Part shown: positions 34,617-45,426 of the stretch, piece by piece
How the letters are laid out: each line of letters begins with the position of its first letter
Numbering within the stretch: position 1 is the first letter of the stretch
Source of the DNA: a virus
Taxonomy: Duplodnaviria; Caudoviricetes
Virus record (IMG/VR): IMGVR_UViG_3300006918_000002
Location: 1 to 58,495 of that record
DNA: 58,495 nt
Reading direction: 5' to 3' (one strand)
Translations under genes and position numbers: made by a program
Notes under the pieces: model-generated
Seen by the model: the letters and a program-made list of their open reading frames with translations, nothing else
What the model was told of the DNA's origin: nothing
Databases searched by the model: none

Positions 34617-37139
34617 ATGACGGCACCGGGTGGTGGAGACCTCGGAACAGTCCGGGGAAAGATCGTTGTCGACGCGACAGAAGCGAAGAAGGGCATTGAC
34701 GAGGCGGACCGGTCTCTGACCGCGTTCGAGAAGAAGCAGCGGGACGCCGCGCGCAGCCTGAAGGAAGACGCCACGACGGCGGCGAAGGTGTACTCCGTCG
34801 CGGTCGTCGGCGGCTTCGTGCTGGCGGCCAACGCTGCCAAGGACTTCGAGCAATCCCTCGCCAACGTCAAGGCTGCGGGCGGCAAGCAGGCCGAGCAGCA
34901 GATGGAAGCTATTCGCCAGAAGGCTCTCCAGCTCGGTGCCGACACGAGTTTCTCTTCCATCGAAGCCGCCAACGCGATGGAAGTGCTGATCAAGGCGGGC
35001 CTCAGCGTCAACGACGTGCTGAACGGCGCGGCGGATGCTGCGGTGGCGCTGGCTGCGGCCGAGGGGGTGACCATCCCCGAAGCCGCCGAGATCGCCGCTG
35101 TGGCCATGACTGCCTTCAACCTGAAGGCGGAGCAGATGCCCGCGATCGCGAACAAGATCTCGCAGGCTGCGTCGTCCACCAAGATGGACATGAACGACTT
35201 CTCCTACGCCATGAATCAGGCGGGGGCGGTCAGCAAGCTCGTCGGGCTCACGTTCGACGACATGACCCTCGCGATCACGGCGATGGGTAAGTCCGGCATC
35301 GTCGGCAGTGACGCGGGTACGTCGCTGAAGACCATGCTGATGAACCTTCAGCCCGGAACGAAGCAGCAGTCCAGGCTCTTCGACGAGCTCGGGCTGACCA
35401 CGGACGGGCTCGGGAACAAGTTCTTCGACGCCAACGGCAAAATCAAGTCCATGACGGACATCGCCGGGGTCCTCGAGGAAGCCTTGAAGGGCATGACCCA
35501 GCAGCAGAAGTTCTCCACCCTGGAGACGCTGTTCGGGGCCGACGCGATCCGCGCTGCTGCCATCATCTCGGAGCAAGGCGCACAAGGGATGCGCAACCTG
35601 ACCACCGAGATGGAGTCGCAGCTCTCGGTGCAGGACAAGGCGAAGATCAAGCAGGACACGCTCAACGGCGCGATCGAGAAGATGAAGGGCTCCATCGAGA
35701 CCGCTGCCATCCAGGTCGGCACGGCCTTCATCCCCATCCTCCGCACGCTGGCTGAGTGGATCGAGAAGGGGGCTGACGCCTTCAGCAAGCTGAGCCCCGG
35801 GGTGCAGCAAGCCATCATGTGGTTCCTGCTGGGAAGCGTTGCCCTGCTGGGCTTCGGCTTCGTGGTCGCCAAGATCGTCGGCATCGTGCGCGGCATCTGG
35901 ACCGTTCTTCAGATCGGCAAGTTGGCCGCAGGATTCGCCGCAGGCATGAAGACCATGGGTGCTGCGGCCACGATGACGGCGATGCAGCTCCGACAAGGCG
36001 CGGTGGCGTTCGGCACGTGGGCGGCGGCTTCCGCGCGGGCTACCGGGGCGGTCATTGTCAATGCTGCGGCAGCAACAGCGGCAGCGGTGCGCTCCTGGGC
36101 CGTGATGGCTGCGGGGTGGGTGCGGATGGCGGCTGTCGCGGTCTTCAATGCCGCGATCATGGCTGCGGCATGGCTGATCGCGAACCCCTGGGTCCTGATC
36201 ATCGCGGCGATCATCGCCCTGGTCGCCATCGTGATCGCCAACTGGGACACCATCATGGCGGCTCTGCTGGCCGCCTGGAACTGGATCAAGGAGACGGCGA
36301 CCTCCGTCTGGAACGCGATCGCCGAGTTCTTCACCTCGATCTGGAACAGCATCACCTCCACGATCAGTGGGGCGATCGACGGCGTCGTGAACTGGATTCG
36401 GAATGCCTTCAACGGCATCCGAGACTGGATCATGGGTCTGTGGAACGGAATCAAGGTCTGGTGGATCCACACTTGGGACACGATCGTCTACAACGTGTCC
36501 TCGGCGCTGGCCAACGTGTGGAACACGATCAAGAGCGCGTTGACCGGAGCCCAGAACACCATCTCCGGTTGGATCCAGAACGTCATCCAGTTCTTCCGAG
36601 ACCTGCCGGGCAACATCCTGGACGCGCTCAAGAACCTGGCGAGCTGGCTCGGCGACATCGGCCGGAACATGATGGAGGGCCTGATCAACGGCGTCAAGGC
36701 GGTCGCCGGAAGGATCAAGGACGCGGTCCTCGGGCCGATCAAGGACTCGGTCCAGGCGGTCAAGAACTTCCTCGGGATCTCCAGTCCTGCCAAGCTGACG
36801 TACGAGATCGGTGCCGACACCAGCCAGGGTCTGATCAACGCCCTCCAGGACAAGGCAACGAAGGTCGGCTCGGCGATGAAGACCATGATGGCGGGTGGCG
36901 TACCGATGACCCGATCTGCCTCCCCCCTGGTGTCCTCCGCAGCCAGCGTCATGGGCACGGCGGGTGCAGCAGGCTCCCTCCTGCCCAGCGGCGGAGGGAG
37001 CTCGACCACGATCATCAACGTGGAGCGAGTGGAGGTTCCGATCAACGCTTCGCTCGACCCCACGAACGCGGCGCAGTGGCGGCAGGCCATGGGTGCGATC
37101 AAGTCGGGTATCCGCGACCATGACAGGAGCTACCAATGA
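34617..37139 (+). CDS. Tape measure protein (TP901-type N-terminal domain)
   Basis: 840 aa; GSDAGTSLKTM, LFGADA, W-periodic repeats, LGISSPAK. Confidence 0.95.
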   Translation: MTAPGGGDLGTVRGKIVVDATEAKKGIDEADRSLTAFEKKQRDAARSLKEDATTAAKVYSVAVVGGFVLAANAAKDFEQSLANVKAAGGKQAEQQMEAIRQKALQLGADTSFSSIEAANAMEVLIKAGLSVNDVLNGAADAAVALAAAEGVTIPEAAEIAAVAMTAFNLKAEQMPAIANKISQAASSTKMDMNDFSYAMNQAGAVSKLVGLTFDDMTLAITAMGKSGIVGSDAGTSLKTMLMNLQPGTKQQSRLFDELGLTTDGLGNKFFDANGKIKSMTDIAGVLEEALKGMTQQQKFSTLETLFGADAIRAAAIISEQGAQGMRNLTTEMESQLSVQDKAKIKQDTLNGAIEKMKGSIETAAIQVGTAFIPILRTLAEWIEKGADAFSKLSPGVQQAIMWFLLGSVALLGFGFVVAKIVGIVRGIWTVLQIGKLAAGFAAGMKTMGAAATMTAMQLRQGAVAFGTWAAASARATGAVIVNAAAATAAAVRSWAVMAAGWVRMAAVAVFNAAIMAAAWLIANPWVLIIAAIIALVAIVIANWDTIMAALLAAWNWIKETATSVWNAIAEFFTSIWNSITSTISGAIDGVVNWIRNAFNGIRDWIMGLWNGIKVWWIHTWDTIVYNVSSALANVWNTIKSALTGAQNTISGWIQNVIQFFRDLPGNILDALKNLASWLGDIGRNMMEGLINGVKAVAGRIKDAVLGPIKDSVQAVKNFLGISSPAKLTYEIGADTSQGLINALQDKATKVGSAMKTMMAGGVPMTRSASPLVSSAASVMGTAGAAGSLLPSGGGSSTTIINVERVEVPINASLDPTNAAQWRQAMGAIKSGIRDHDRSYQ

Positions 37140-38338
37140 CATACGGAGTGATTCAGGCGGGGAGGATCTCCCTGCGGGAGGACTCCTCGGTCCAGATCTC
37201 CCCGAATGACGCAGGCACGCAGTTGGAGATCACGGGTCAGGAGTCCTACGGGCGACTCGCGCTTCCCCAACTGCGCCAACGGCCTGACGAGATCATGGCG
37301 CTGTCCGGGCAGATGATCTCGTTGAGCCTCAGCCAGAAGACCCATCTGAGCGGTTACTACTGGGTCGACGAGGCGTCGGGGCGCTACGAGGAGTGGCAGC
37401 CCGAGGCCGTCGCGGTGATGCCCTGGAGCCTGCGCCTGACCCGCATCGGGTACAGCACCGAGGTCGACCTGGAGTCCCGCCTGGCCGGACCGCTGACGCG
37501 GGCGAACGACCACGCTGGCGCAGGCGAGCGCTGGCACGCTCCTCCCCCAGCACATACGGCCTACAGCGCGGGGGCCAGCGTGCCCAGCGTGGTGACCCGC
37601 ACGGGAAGCGAGGGGGCGATCACGGTCTATCGCAACGTTGCCACGGGGGTTCACCCGCACTGGACCGCGACCCCGACCGAGTACCTCGGCGCTCGCGTTC
37701 GCTACCTGGATGACCTGGGGATCGAGCGCCAGGCACTCCACACGCCTCTCCCCGCCACGGGATGGACTGTTCACAATGGCCTGGTCCGCCTGACCATCGA
37801 CCCGGGTGACGGCTCCCTGGTCGTGGCCGCGTGGACCGGCGGAGCGTGGCAGGCCAAGGCATGGCACGTGCGTCACGGCGTTCTCCCCGGGGCGGCGATG
37901 GGAGCCCCCACGCAGACCACGTTGCTGCACAACACTTTCGAGAAGGTCACGGTCCGCATGATGAAGGCCCTCAACCCGGGGCGGATCACGGTTGACGCCA
38001 CGCTGCGGCGGGGCTCCCGATTCCTTGAGCTCTACATCCAGCATCAGTTCGGGACCACGCTCAGCCTGACCCCGGTCGTCGCGGAGGCAGGGTCGTCCAG
38101 CCCCGGATATCTCACGGCCAGTGCCGACGATGCTGCGGGAAACCGTTATGTGGCAGGGAGCACGAGGACCTTCGCGGTTGACGGCCCCACCGGAACCCTC
38201 TCCAAGGACGCGACCGCCACGCTGGACGCCTTCATCGGCGTTCAGGTCGGGGGCGCGGCAGCCGGGGACCTCGCGCTGGATCTGTTCAAGCAATACCTCG
38301 GGGTCACCGAGGAGCAGGTGCGAGGGGTGACGCGCTGA
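37136..38338 (+). CDS. Minor tail protein
   Basis: 400 aa immediately after the tape measure gene. Confidence 0.7.
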   Translation: MTYGVIQAGRISLREDSSVQISPNDAGTQLEITGQESYGRLALPQLRQRPDEIMALSGQMISLSLSQKTHLSGYYWVDEASGRYEEWQPEAVAVMPWSLRLTRIGYSTEVDLESRLAGPLTRANDHAGAGERWHAPPPAHTAYSAGASVPSVVTRTGSEGAITVYRNVATGVHPHWTATPTEYLGARVRYLDDLGIERQALHTPLPATGWTVHNGLVRLTIDPGDGSLVVAAWTGGAWQAKAWHVRHGVLPGAAMGAPTQTTLLHNTFEKVTVRMMKALNPGRITVDATLRRGSRFLELYIQHQFGTTLSLTPVVAEAGSSSPGYLTASADDAAGNRYVAGSTRTFAVDGPTGTLSKDATATLDAFIGVQVGGAAAGDLALDLFKQYLGVTEEQVRGVTR

Positions 38339-41115
38339 TGCCGGTCACAGAGACGTTGCAGGGCTTGGGAGAGTGGTCTCTCACCCTGTCGGACAAGACA
38401 CCGCAGGAGCTGCTGGACGCCCTCCAGTTCTTCGGGCACGTGGCCATCCACGCCGGGGAGGTCGACCCCCGCTTGGCGGGGGATGCGCTGCTGGCGGACA
38501 GCCGCTACGTCGGGGTGCTTCGGGGAAGAGACCAGCAGGAGAGCCTGACCGCGCTCCGGGGCGTCGGCATGGCCTTCTGGCTCGGGGACGAGGACGCCAA
38601 GGGCCACGTCATCGAGGAACCGTTGGTGCTCAACGATGTCTTCGAGGACGTGATCCCCCTCCTGCTCCCGCCCTCCGTGCAGCCAGGCACGATCTTCAAC
38701 GTGCCGGAGACGTTCTCGGGGACGCTCCAGTACCTGAGTCCCCGCGAGGCGCTCAACTACGTGTGCGACACTCTGGAATGTGCCTGGCGCATCAACGGTG
38801 ACGGCAGCGTTGACGCGGGCCTGGAGTCCGACCTGTTTGTCGTGGTGCCGCAGGCCGCTCTCGTCCGACGGGACAAGGCGGGGCAGGACATGTTCCTCTC
38901 CGCCTTCGCCGGGCGGATGGGCACCGAGCAGGATATGAACGACTTCACCACGCGAACGGTGTTGCTGGCCAACGGTTCCGAGGGTTCGACCGTCACGGCT
39001 ACGGCGGACATCCTCCCCGCCAAGAACCCGTATCTGGATCTCTTCGGGAACCCCGTCGCCCTCACCCGGTTGATCTCAGAATCAGACACCGATGCCACGA
39101 ACGCTCCGGCTCGAGCACAGCTCCAGCTCAACCGCTTCACCGAGCCGCGCAACGCCATCACGTTGAACACCAACGACTATGACCTGAAGGGCACGGTCGC
39201 CGTCGGGGACTATCTCTGGGCTTATGACCCGGAGATCAACGTGGAGGACGCCTCCAACGAGATCATGTTCCGTGGTCTCCGGATGTACCCGATGAAGCTG
39301 CGCCTCACGGAGATGACGTGGGCTGTGGTCGAGGGGATGGGGGTGGCGTACCGCGACATCCTTGGCGGATGGCACGATCTCACGCCGTACGTGACCTTTG
39401 AGACCGGAGGCGAGTCCACCCTCACCGTCGGGGGATTCAATCGCTCGCTGACGGCAGGCGACGGAGGCCAGGCAGGTTCCCGCCCCATCGTTGACACGTC
39501 CATTCCCGGGGTGCCGACCTGGATCACCCCGTTCGTGCAGTCGGTCTACCAGTCCGCTCGCGGCGAGTCGCGAACGCAGGTTCAGCTTCAGTGGACCCGA
39601 CCGATGAATGTTGACGGCACAACGATTCTCGACGGGGATCACTTCGAGATCAGGTACCGCTCCTCCAGCACTCCCATCTACCCCAGCACGCACGCTCAGC
39701 TCGCGGTGCGCACGCACGCCGAGCTCGCGGCCGGAACGCACCGCCAGCCGATCACGTATCCGGCCGGTCCCTGGCAGACGATGTTCGTGCCCTGGAGCGA
39801 GCTGGACGCCCTGATCATCGACCTCCCTACCAACCTGCCGTACGAGGCCCAGATCCGCGCCGTAGACGCTGCAAAGCCCCCTAACGCCGGGGACTGGTCT
39901 GCGGTTACTGCCTGGCAGACCAACGCCGACACGCTGCCCCCTGCCACGCCTGCCCCGCCCGTGGTGGCAGCCAGTCGCCTCGCCGTCATGATCACGCACA
40001 CGCTGGGTCGCGCCAGCGGAGGAACGTACAATCTGGATCTCGACCTCCACCACTTCGAGGTTCACGGGCAATACGAGCCGCTGTTCACGCCGAGCGACTC
40101 CACGTTGCTGGGCAAGGTGCTCGCCAACGCGGGGATGATCACCAGCAATCTCCCGGTCGTCGGAACCGTTCCCGTCGAGTCGGTGAACCCGGTCTACTTC
40201 AAGGTGATCGCGGTCGACAATGACGGGAACAAGTCCCTCCCCTCGGCCGCCGTGCAGGCGACCGCGCTGCTGGTGGATGACGCGCACATCAGCAGCCTCA
40301 CCGTCAGCAAGATCACCGCCGGGACGATCACCGCAACGTGGGTGATGGGCGGGAAGATCATGTCCGGCCTGGAGGGCGGGGCACGCGTCCAGATGGTGCC
40401 GACTGGATTCGAGGCGTACAACGCTTCGAACGACCAGACGGTTCTCATTGACACCAACGGCAATGTCGTGATCCAGGGTGAGCTTCGGTCGAACTTCGGG
40501 ACCGGAGCTCGCGTCGTCTTGGCTCCGAAGACCGGGAGCACCTACAGCCCCGAGATTCGATGGCATCCGGGGAATCTCGCTCACGACGGGTTCATCTATG
40601 CGCAGGCCGCGTCGAACATCCTGGGGTCGTTGGGTAACGGCATCTTCATGTCGGGGGCGAAGTTCACCTCCTCGTCCAGCATCGCGGAGGGCGGACGCCT
40701 GGCTCTGGCTTCCTCCGGGGCTATCTTCGGATATCAGAACTCTTCCTACGACGCCTTCCTGTGGTTCAACGACACGGGGAAGATTCAGATGAAGGGGTGG
40801 TTCGGCGGAGCCAGCCAGGGAGGCGGTCGAGACGCCTTGGTGGCGGGGGCCTCTCTGAACGCAGGCGGTTCGAATGTCACGTACGGCGTCGCCTACGGCC
40901 AGACCATGATCGGAACAATGGCTCCGACCTACGGGGTCCGAGCCGCCACGAATCCGCGATGCTGGCACATGATCAATGGATATGACGCCAACGGGTTCTC
41001 CGTGACAGTCAGCCTGGCGAATGACTGGGACGGTTCGAAATGGGTGTGGGGTCTGACCAATGACGCCACGAACACGATCAGCCTCTTCTGGGCGGCCTAT
41101 AGGGTGACGGCATGA
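38338..41115 (+). CDS. Minor tail/hub protein with FN3-like domains
   Basis: 925 aa; YEAQIRAVD, YFKVIAVDNDGNKS, SKITAGTI. Confidence 0.8.
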   Translation: MPVTETLQGLGEWSLTLSDKTPQELLDALQFFGHVAIHAGEVDPRLAGDALLADSRYVGVLRGRDQQESLTALRGVGMAFWLGDEDAKGHVIEEPLVLNDVFEDVIPLLLPPSVQPGTIFNVPETFSGTLQYLSPREALNYVCDTLECAWRINGDGSVDAGLESDLFVVVPQAALVRRDKAGQDMFLSAFAGRMGTEQDMNDFTTRTVLLANGSEGSTVTATADILPAKNPYLDLFGNPVALTRLISESDTDATNAPARAQLQLNRFTEPRNAITLNTNDYDLKGTVAVGDYLWAYDPEINVEDASNEIMFRGLRMYPMKLRLTEMTWAVVEGMGVAYRDILGGWHDLTPYVTFETGGESTLTVGGFNRSLTAGDGGQAGSRPIVDTSIPGVPTWITPFVQSVYQSARGESRTQVQLQWTRPMNVDGTTILDGDHFEIRYRSSSTPIYPSTHAQLAVRTHAELAAGTHRQPITYPAGPWQTMFVPWSELDALIIDLPTNLPYEAQIRAVDAAKPPNAGDWSAVTAWQTNADTLPPATPAPPVVAASRLAVMITHTLGRASGGTYNLDLDLHHFEVHGQYEPLFTPSDSTLLGKVLANAGMITSNLPVVGTVPVESVNPVYFKVIAVDNDGNKSLPSAAVQATALLVDDAHISSLTVSKITAGTITATWVMGGKIMSGLEGGARVQMVPTGFEAYNASNDQTVLIDTNGNVVIQGELRSNFGTGARVVLAPKTGSTYSPEIRWHPGNLAHDGFIYAQAASNILGSLGNGIFMSGAKFTSSSSIAEGGRLALASSGAIFGYQNSSYDAFLWFNDTGKIQMKGWFGGASQGGGRDALVAGASLNAGGSNVTYGVAYGQTMIGTMAPTYGVRAATNPRCWHMINGYDANGFSVTVSLANDWDGSKWVWGLTNDATNTISLFWAAYRVTA

Positions 41116-41576
41116 AACTCCAATTCACGCGCATTGAGGACTTCCGGGACGAGGAAGGCTGGAGGATTGTCCTGTGGTTTGACATGATCAACGACGAGGG
41201 AGTGGCCTACAGCCAGTATCGATACTCGATGCCCCCGTCTATCTTCGAGCACCGCATCGCGGAATATGGCCAGATGAGCAAGGATGAGCTCGTCGAGATG
41301 GTCATCGCAGAGGGGGCGATGATTCTCGGGGTCGGGGAGACCAATGACGGGCTCACCACTCTGGCGACCGCGCCCGACCAGAAGACGGCTCGCAAGCACC
41401 ATCTCGCCCGGTGCGCTCGGGTGAAGTTGAAGTGGCGGATCAGCACGCGCTCCGGCCCCGCTTCGGCGATGGAAGAGCTCAAGAAGAAGATCACCCTTCG
41501 CCCCGAAGGAATTCGGGAGAAGCGCAACGCAGTGATGCGGAACTACGGCTTGGCTCCGGACTGGGAGGATCAGTAA
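41112..41576 (+). CDS. Hypothetical tail-region protein
   Basis: ATGA overlap; 154 aa. Confidence 0.6.
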   Translation: MKLQFTRIEDFRDEEGWRIVLWFDMINDEGVAYSQYRYSMPPSIFEHRIAEYGQMSKDELVEMVIAEGAMILGVGETNDGLTTLATAPDQKTARKHHLARCARVKLKWRISTRSGPASAMEELKKKITLRPEGIREKRNAVMRNYGLAPDWEDQ

Positions 41577-41578
41577 CG

Positions 41579-42502
41579 ATGCCGACATTCACCAGCAGGC
41601 TCGGTCTCCAGATGGACGCGGATACCGAGAACTACGACGTTGACGTGGTCAACGGCAATTCGCTGAAGATTGACGCGAACATCGGCGTCGTCATGTGCAC
41701 GAGTGCCACGCGGCCGTCGACGCCATATGACGGACAACAGATCTACGAGACGGACACAGGCTTCCAGGGCATCTGGCGCTCGGCGATCTCGACGTGGACC
41801 AGCCCTCGGGCCACGATGTTCTCGAGCTCCATTCGGCCGACTGTCGGGCTGTACGAGGGGTTCACGTTCTACCGCACGGACCGTGACTGGCTCGAGACGT
41901 GGGACGGGGGCTCGTGGCGGGTTCAGAACGTGGCGATCTGTAGTAATCCGGCAGACCTCTCTGCCGTCGATTTCCCGAAGAGCGGCCAACTTGCGGTCAC
42001 TGTCGACCGGGATGTGTTGTGGCAGTACGACGGCGTCACGTCCTCGTGGGTTCCGATGGGTCCACGCCTGGTGAAGCGGCATCGCAGGACGACGACCAGT
42101 GCTGGCTCCACGAGCAACTCCGCCGTTGCGGTCGCGCGGCTGGACGGAGTCCCCGGTATCCCCGGGCGAGCATTGACCGTGCGAACGGGTTCTCTGCACC
42201 CGACCTCCACGAACACGGCAGACACCATGCGGTGCGAGATCAGGTACGCGGTCGGCGGAGCCGCTGCCACCACGGCCTCTACCGTTCTTCCCGGGGCGCT
42301 CATCTTCGAGAACTGGGGGAACACCGGTCAGCTCGAAGCGACGATCGTTCCGGGGTCGAATACGACGTACAGCTTTCTCCTGTGCTTCGCGCGGGAGCTG
42401 GGCTCGGGCACGGCTACCCTGTTTGCAGACGGAAACCGACTGATCGAAATCAAAGCCTACGACGAGAGCGAAGACCCCGGCAGCACCGGTGTCAATCTCT
42501 AA
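41579..42502 (+). CDS. Tail fiber/receptor-binding-like protein
   Basis: T-RLGL...N-N-KID N-terminus; three RP-G-YxTD-WDG-W repeats. Confidence 0.7.
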   Translation: MPTFTSRLGLQMDADTENYDVDVVNGNSLKIDANIGVVMCTSATRPSTPYDGQQIYETDTGFQGIWRSAISTWTSPRATMFSSSIRPTVGLYEGFTFYRTDRDWLETWDGGSWRVQNVAICSNPADLSAVDFPKSGQLAVTVDRDVLWQYDGVTSSWVPMGPRLVKRHRRTTTSAGSTSNSAVAVARLDGVPGIPGRALTVRTGSLHPTSTNTADTMRCEIRYAVGGAAATTASTVLPGALIFENWGNTGQLEATIVPGSNTTYSFLLCFARELGSGTATLFADGNRLIEIKAYDESEDPGSTGVNL

Positions 42503-42512
42503 AAGGAGCGTC

Positions 42513-42677
42513 ATGTCTCGACCGACCTCGAACACCCCGAACCCCGTCGAAGTCCCGCTCGTCCAGGTATTGGACTGGTATCGCGGTAAGCTGGCGGAAG
42601 CCACAGAGCGCATCGCCATCCTGGAGGTCGTTAACGAGAACCTCCGCAAGGAACGCAGTGGAGAGAATGCCCCCTAA
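42513..42677 (+). CDS. Small coiled-coil protein
   Basis: AAGGAG RBS; KLAEATERIAILE. Confidence 0.55.
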   Translation: MSRPTSNTPNPVEVPLVQVLDWYRGKLAEATERIAILEVVNENLRKERSGENAP

Positions 42678-42695
42678 GGGCGGAAGGGAGAAGAA

Positions 42696-42998
42696 TTGAC
42701 CCCCGCCGAGGTCTTGCCCTTCGCGACCAATGGTGGCGCGATTGCGGTTCTTTCGTGGGTGTTCTGGCAGGTCCTGAGAGGGAATCTGATCCCCAAGGAC
42801 ACCCACGACAAGGCCCTCGAGGAGTCGAATAACAGGGCGGAGACCTGGAAGAGCGTCGCGCTCACGTACAAGGAATCTCTCGCTGAGAAGAACGGGGTTG
42901 TTCCAGCGCAGATAGAGACAGCCCACACCGTGGAGAAGCTGGTCCAGGCTCTCCGCACGATCGCTACCAGTGACACCGACGGGAATGGAACAGGATGA
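42696..42998 (+). CDS. Membrane protein, lysis region
   Basis: N-terminal TM, LRGNLIP, coiled coil. Confidence 0.65.
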   Translation: MTPAEVLPFATNGGAIAVLSWVFWQVLRGNLIPKDTHDKALEESNNRAETWKSVALTYKESLAEKNGVVPAQIETAHTVEKLVQALRTIATSDTDGNGTG

Positions 42999-43237
42999 AC
43001 AAGTTCATCAAGAGGATTCTGGGGAGGGATGAAGTGCCCCCGCCCCCTGCGGCTCCCGCAGCCCAGAGCGATCTCCGCCGAGCGCAAGAAGAGATGATCC
43101 TCGCCAACCGAGAGCTGCGGAAGAGCAAGGGGGAGAGGAAAGACGCCGAGGAAGTGGCGCAGAGGCTGCGCCGGGAGAACGTGGAAAATCATTTCGCGTA
43201 CGCGCTGAAGATGGCGTTGAGAGGGGTTATCGAGTGA
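42995..43237 (+). CDS. Hypothetical protein, lysis region
   Basis: LRRENVENHFA motif; coupled. Confidence 0.65.
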   Translation: MNKFIKRILGRDEVPPPPAAPAAQSDLRRAQEEMILANRELRKSKGERKDAEEVAQRLRRENVENHFAYALKMALRGVIE

Positions 43238-43578
43238 GCAGCTTTACGGACTCTCTCTCCGGCGGATGGGCCATTCTGTGGTCCTCTTTCGTGTGGCTCG
43301 GTCTGCTCGGCGGGTGGGTGTTCGTCGTGCTGTACTGGGTCGCCACGAAGGGCCGCTGGATCCACGGCCGATTCGGAAGACACCTGATGGCCATGAGCAT
43401 CGCGGTGGCGCAGGCGCTCACGGCGTACATGCTGCGAATCGCCTTCGGAGACTTTCCCGGCCGCTCGTTCCTGATGTTCGAGGCCCTGGTGTTCCTGGTG
43501 TTCGTGGTCTGGTGGCGAACCTTCATGTTCCTGCGAGAGCACAAGAGGGAGAGGGCGAAGAGCCGTGAGCCCGCTTGA
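43234..43578 (+). CDS. Three-TM holin-like protein
   Basis: Three hydrophobic helices; W-GRHLM motif. Confidence 0.6.
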   Translation: MSSFTDSLSGGWAILWSSFVWLGLLGGWVFVVLYWVATKGRWIHGRFGRHLMAMSIAVAQALTAYMLRIAFGDFPGRSFLMFEALVFLVFVVWWRTFMFLREHKRERAKSREPA

Positions 43579-43888
43579 ACTGGTCCGCCTTCTCCTCCTG
43601 GTCGGCGGCTTCCTCGGGGCAGCGGTGTTCGTGGCCTACTACCACTTCACCGCTCGATGGTTCCGCCGACCCCTGAGCCGGTATCTCATGTCGGGTCCCC
43701 TCGGTCTACTGTCGCTGTATGCCGCTGCGATGGCGAATTCATTCATTCCGATCGAATGGGTTCGCGAGACTATCCGGATGTTCATGGTCCTGAGCGCTTT
43801 CCTGTTCGCCTGGTATTCCGTGCTCACGTACCATAGGATGAGGAAAGAGCTCAAGAGGAGCGAGAAAGGAGAGGAGGGAGAAGGATGA
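43565..43888 (+). CDS. Three-TM holin-like protein
   Basis: Three helices; W-SRYLM motif, paralog-like to the previous gene. Confidence 0.6.
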   Translation: MSPLELVRLLLLVGGFLGAAVFVAYYHFTARWFRRPLSRYLMSGPLGLLSLYAAAMANSFIPIEWVRETIRMFMVLSAFLFAWYSVLTYHRMRKELKRSEKGEEGEG

Positions 43889-44892
43889 GGGTTGAAGATG
43901 TCACTCTCTGGGGTCGCGATTACAGTGCGCGAGAGTTCACCCCGGAAGAGCTGACACGCTATCAGCGGGAGAACCCCGGGGAACGCCCGGTGCAGTGGCT
44001 CGACCGATACATCGGCTATCCCGGAAATGCGAAGTGCATATCGCATTACCCGGGGATGTACCGACGACACTGGGAAGCCGGTCGTCCGGTCAGTCTGTTC
44101 CATCAGATCGGTTACTCCGACATGGAGGGCGGATACAACCGAGGCCGAGACCACGCGCTGGTCGCGAAGGCTGACGCCGAGCGAGTCGGGTGGCGTGGCG
44201 AGAGCCACATCACCGCGTGCATGGACCGCTTCTACGCCAAGCAGGGATACCCCACCCTGACCCGTGCGCACCTGGCTGAGTACATGCGAGGGTTCCGCTC
44301 GGTGCTGGGGGACCGCTCCGGGTTCTATGGCTTCTACGACTCCATGCGGGACGCCATTCGGGAGGGGTGGGCCAGCTTCTACGTCCAGTGCGGGGCGCGC
44401 TCCGCACACGTGCCGGGGATTCACGCCTGGCAGGAGAACAACTATCAGCCCCGGATCTTCGGGACGGCAACCGACATCCTCGAGCTCTACTGCTCGTGGG
44501 ATCACGCATTCGGAGGAGGCGGAATGTCTGAGCAGCAAGCGCGTGACGGATTCACGAACGCGATGAAGGCTGCGGCGGAGAGTGTTCGGCAGGGTGGCCC
44601 GAACGAACTCGCCAAGGCTTTCCAGGACATGGTCGCGCAGACGCCCATCACCAACCCCTTCGACCAGTACACCGCCCCCCTCACGGACTGGATCGTAGGC
44701 ACGAACGCCAGCGCTTCCCGCGCGGCGGAGCAGGCGGTCTCGGACATCGAGGAGGACAAGCTGGCCGAAGCGTTCCAGAAGCTCGGCGTCTCGTTCTCCG
44801 GAGCGAGCCCGGCGGAGGTCAAGCAGGCGGTTACCGAGGCGCTGCGGCAGACGCGGCTCTCGGTGGAAACTACCGGAGAGGACAAGACGTGA
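43885..44892 (+). CDS. Endolysin, DUF1906/GH25-like glycoside hydrolase
   Basis: GRDYS, RYIG, GG-RG-DHA, CMD, EY-RGF-SVLG-R-GFYG, WQ; flanked by holin-like genes. Confidence 0.75.
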   Translation: MRVEDVTLWGRDYSAREFTPEELTRYQRENPGERPVQWLDRYIGYPGNAKCISHYPGMYRRHWEAGRPVSLFHQIGYSDMEGGYNRGRDHALVAKADAERVGWRGESHITACMDRFYAKQGYPTLTRAHLAEYMRGFRSVLGDRSGFYGFYDSMRDAIREGWASFYVQCGARSAHVPGIHAWQENNYQPRIFGTATDILELYCSWDHAFGGGGMSEQQARDGFTNAMKAAAESVRQGGPNELAKAFQDMVAQTPITNPFDQYTAPLTDWIVGTNASASRAAEQAVSDIEEDKLAEAFQKLGVSFSGASPAEVKQAVTEALRQTRLSVETTGEDKT

Positions 44893-45233
44893 TTCTCGAC
44901 CTGAACCAATGGGCACTGTTGTTCGGTGTCCTGATGCCGATCCTGGTCGGCGTGGTCACCAAGGCCAACGCCAGCGCGGGACTGAAGGCTACGGTCCTGC
45001 TGTTCCTGGAGCTCGCGACGGGTGTGCTCACCGAGTTCTTCGCGAGCCCGCAGGGATTCGACTGGAGCAATGCCTTGGTGAACGCCTTCGCGGCATTCAT
45101 CACCGGTGTCGCCGCCTACTACGGATTCCTGAAGCACACCGTGAATCCGGTCGTCATCGACGCGACCGCGCGGTTCGGCATGGGCGGTCATCGGTCGCTG
45201 AACAGCCGCTACCACCACGGCGAAGCCGCCTGA
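44889..45233 (+). CDS. Holin
   Basis: Three TM helices; P-LVG-VTK...K, YYGFLK. Confidence 0.75.
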   Translation: MILDLNQWALLFGVLMPILVGVVTKANASAGLKATVLLFLELATGVLTEFFASPQGFDWSNALVNAFAAFITGVAAYYGFLKHTVNPVVIDATARFGMGGHRSLNSRYHHGEAA

Positions 45234-45246
45234 GTGTAGAAGGTTG

Positions 45247-45426
45247 GTGTGCCTGGCTCTCCCCGGGCACACTGTGGTCAGTGCGGGGCCGACTTGCCGA
45301 GGCCGAGCCCCGCACTGTCGGGTAGTTCGTGGCCGAACCTGCCCCGCCAGAAAGCCCCGGTGCTGCTAGAGCTCGGTTGAGCACTCTCCCGCTCCCGAGA
45401 CGCCCTCCGGCAGCACCGGGGCTTTC
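45247..45426. terminator. Three tandem stem-loops closing the late operon
   Basis: GTGTGCCTGG/CCGGGCACAC; CAGTGCGGGG/CCCCGCACTG; 17-bp GAAAGCCCCGGTGCTGC/GCAGCACCGGGGCTTTC. Confidence 0.55.
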
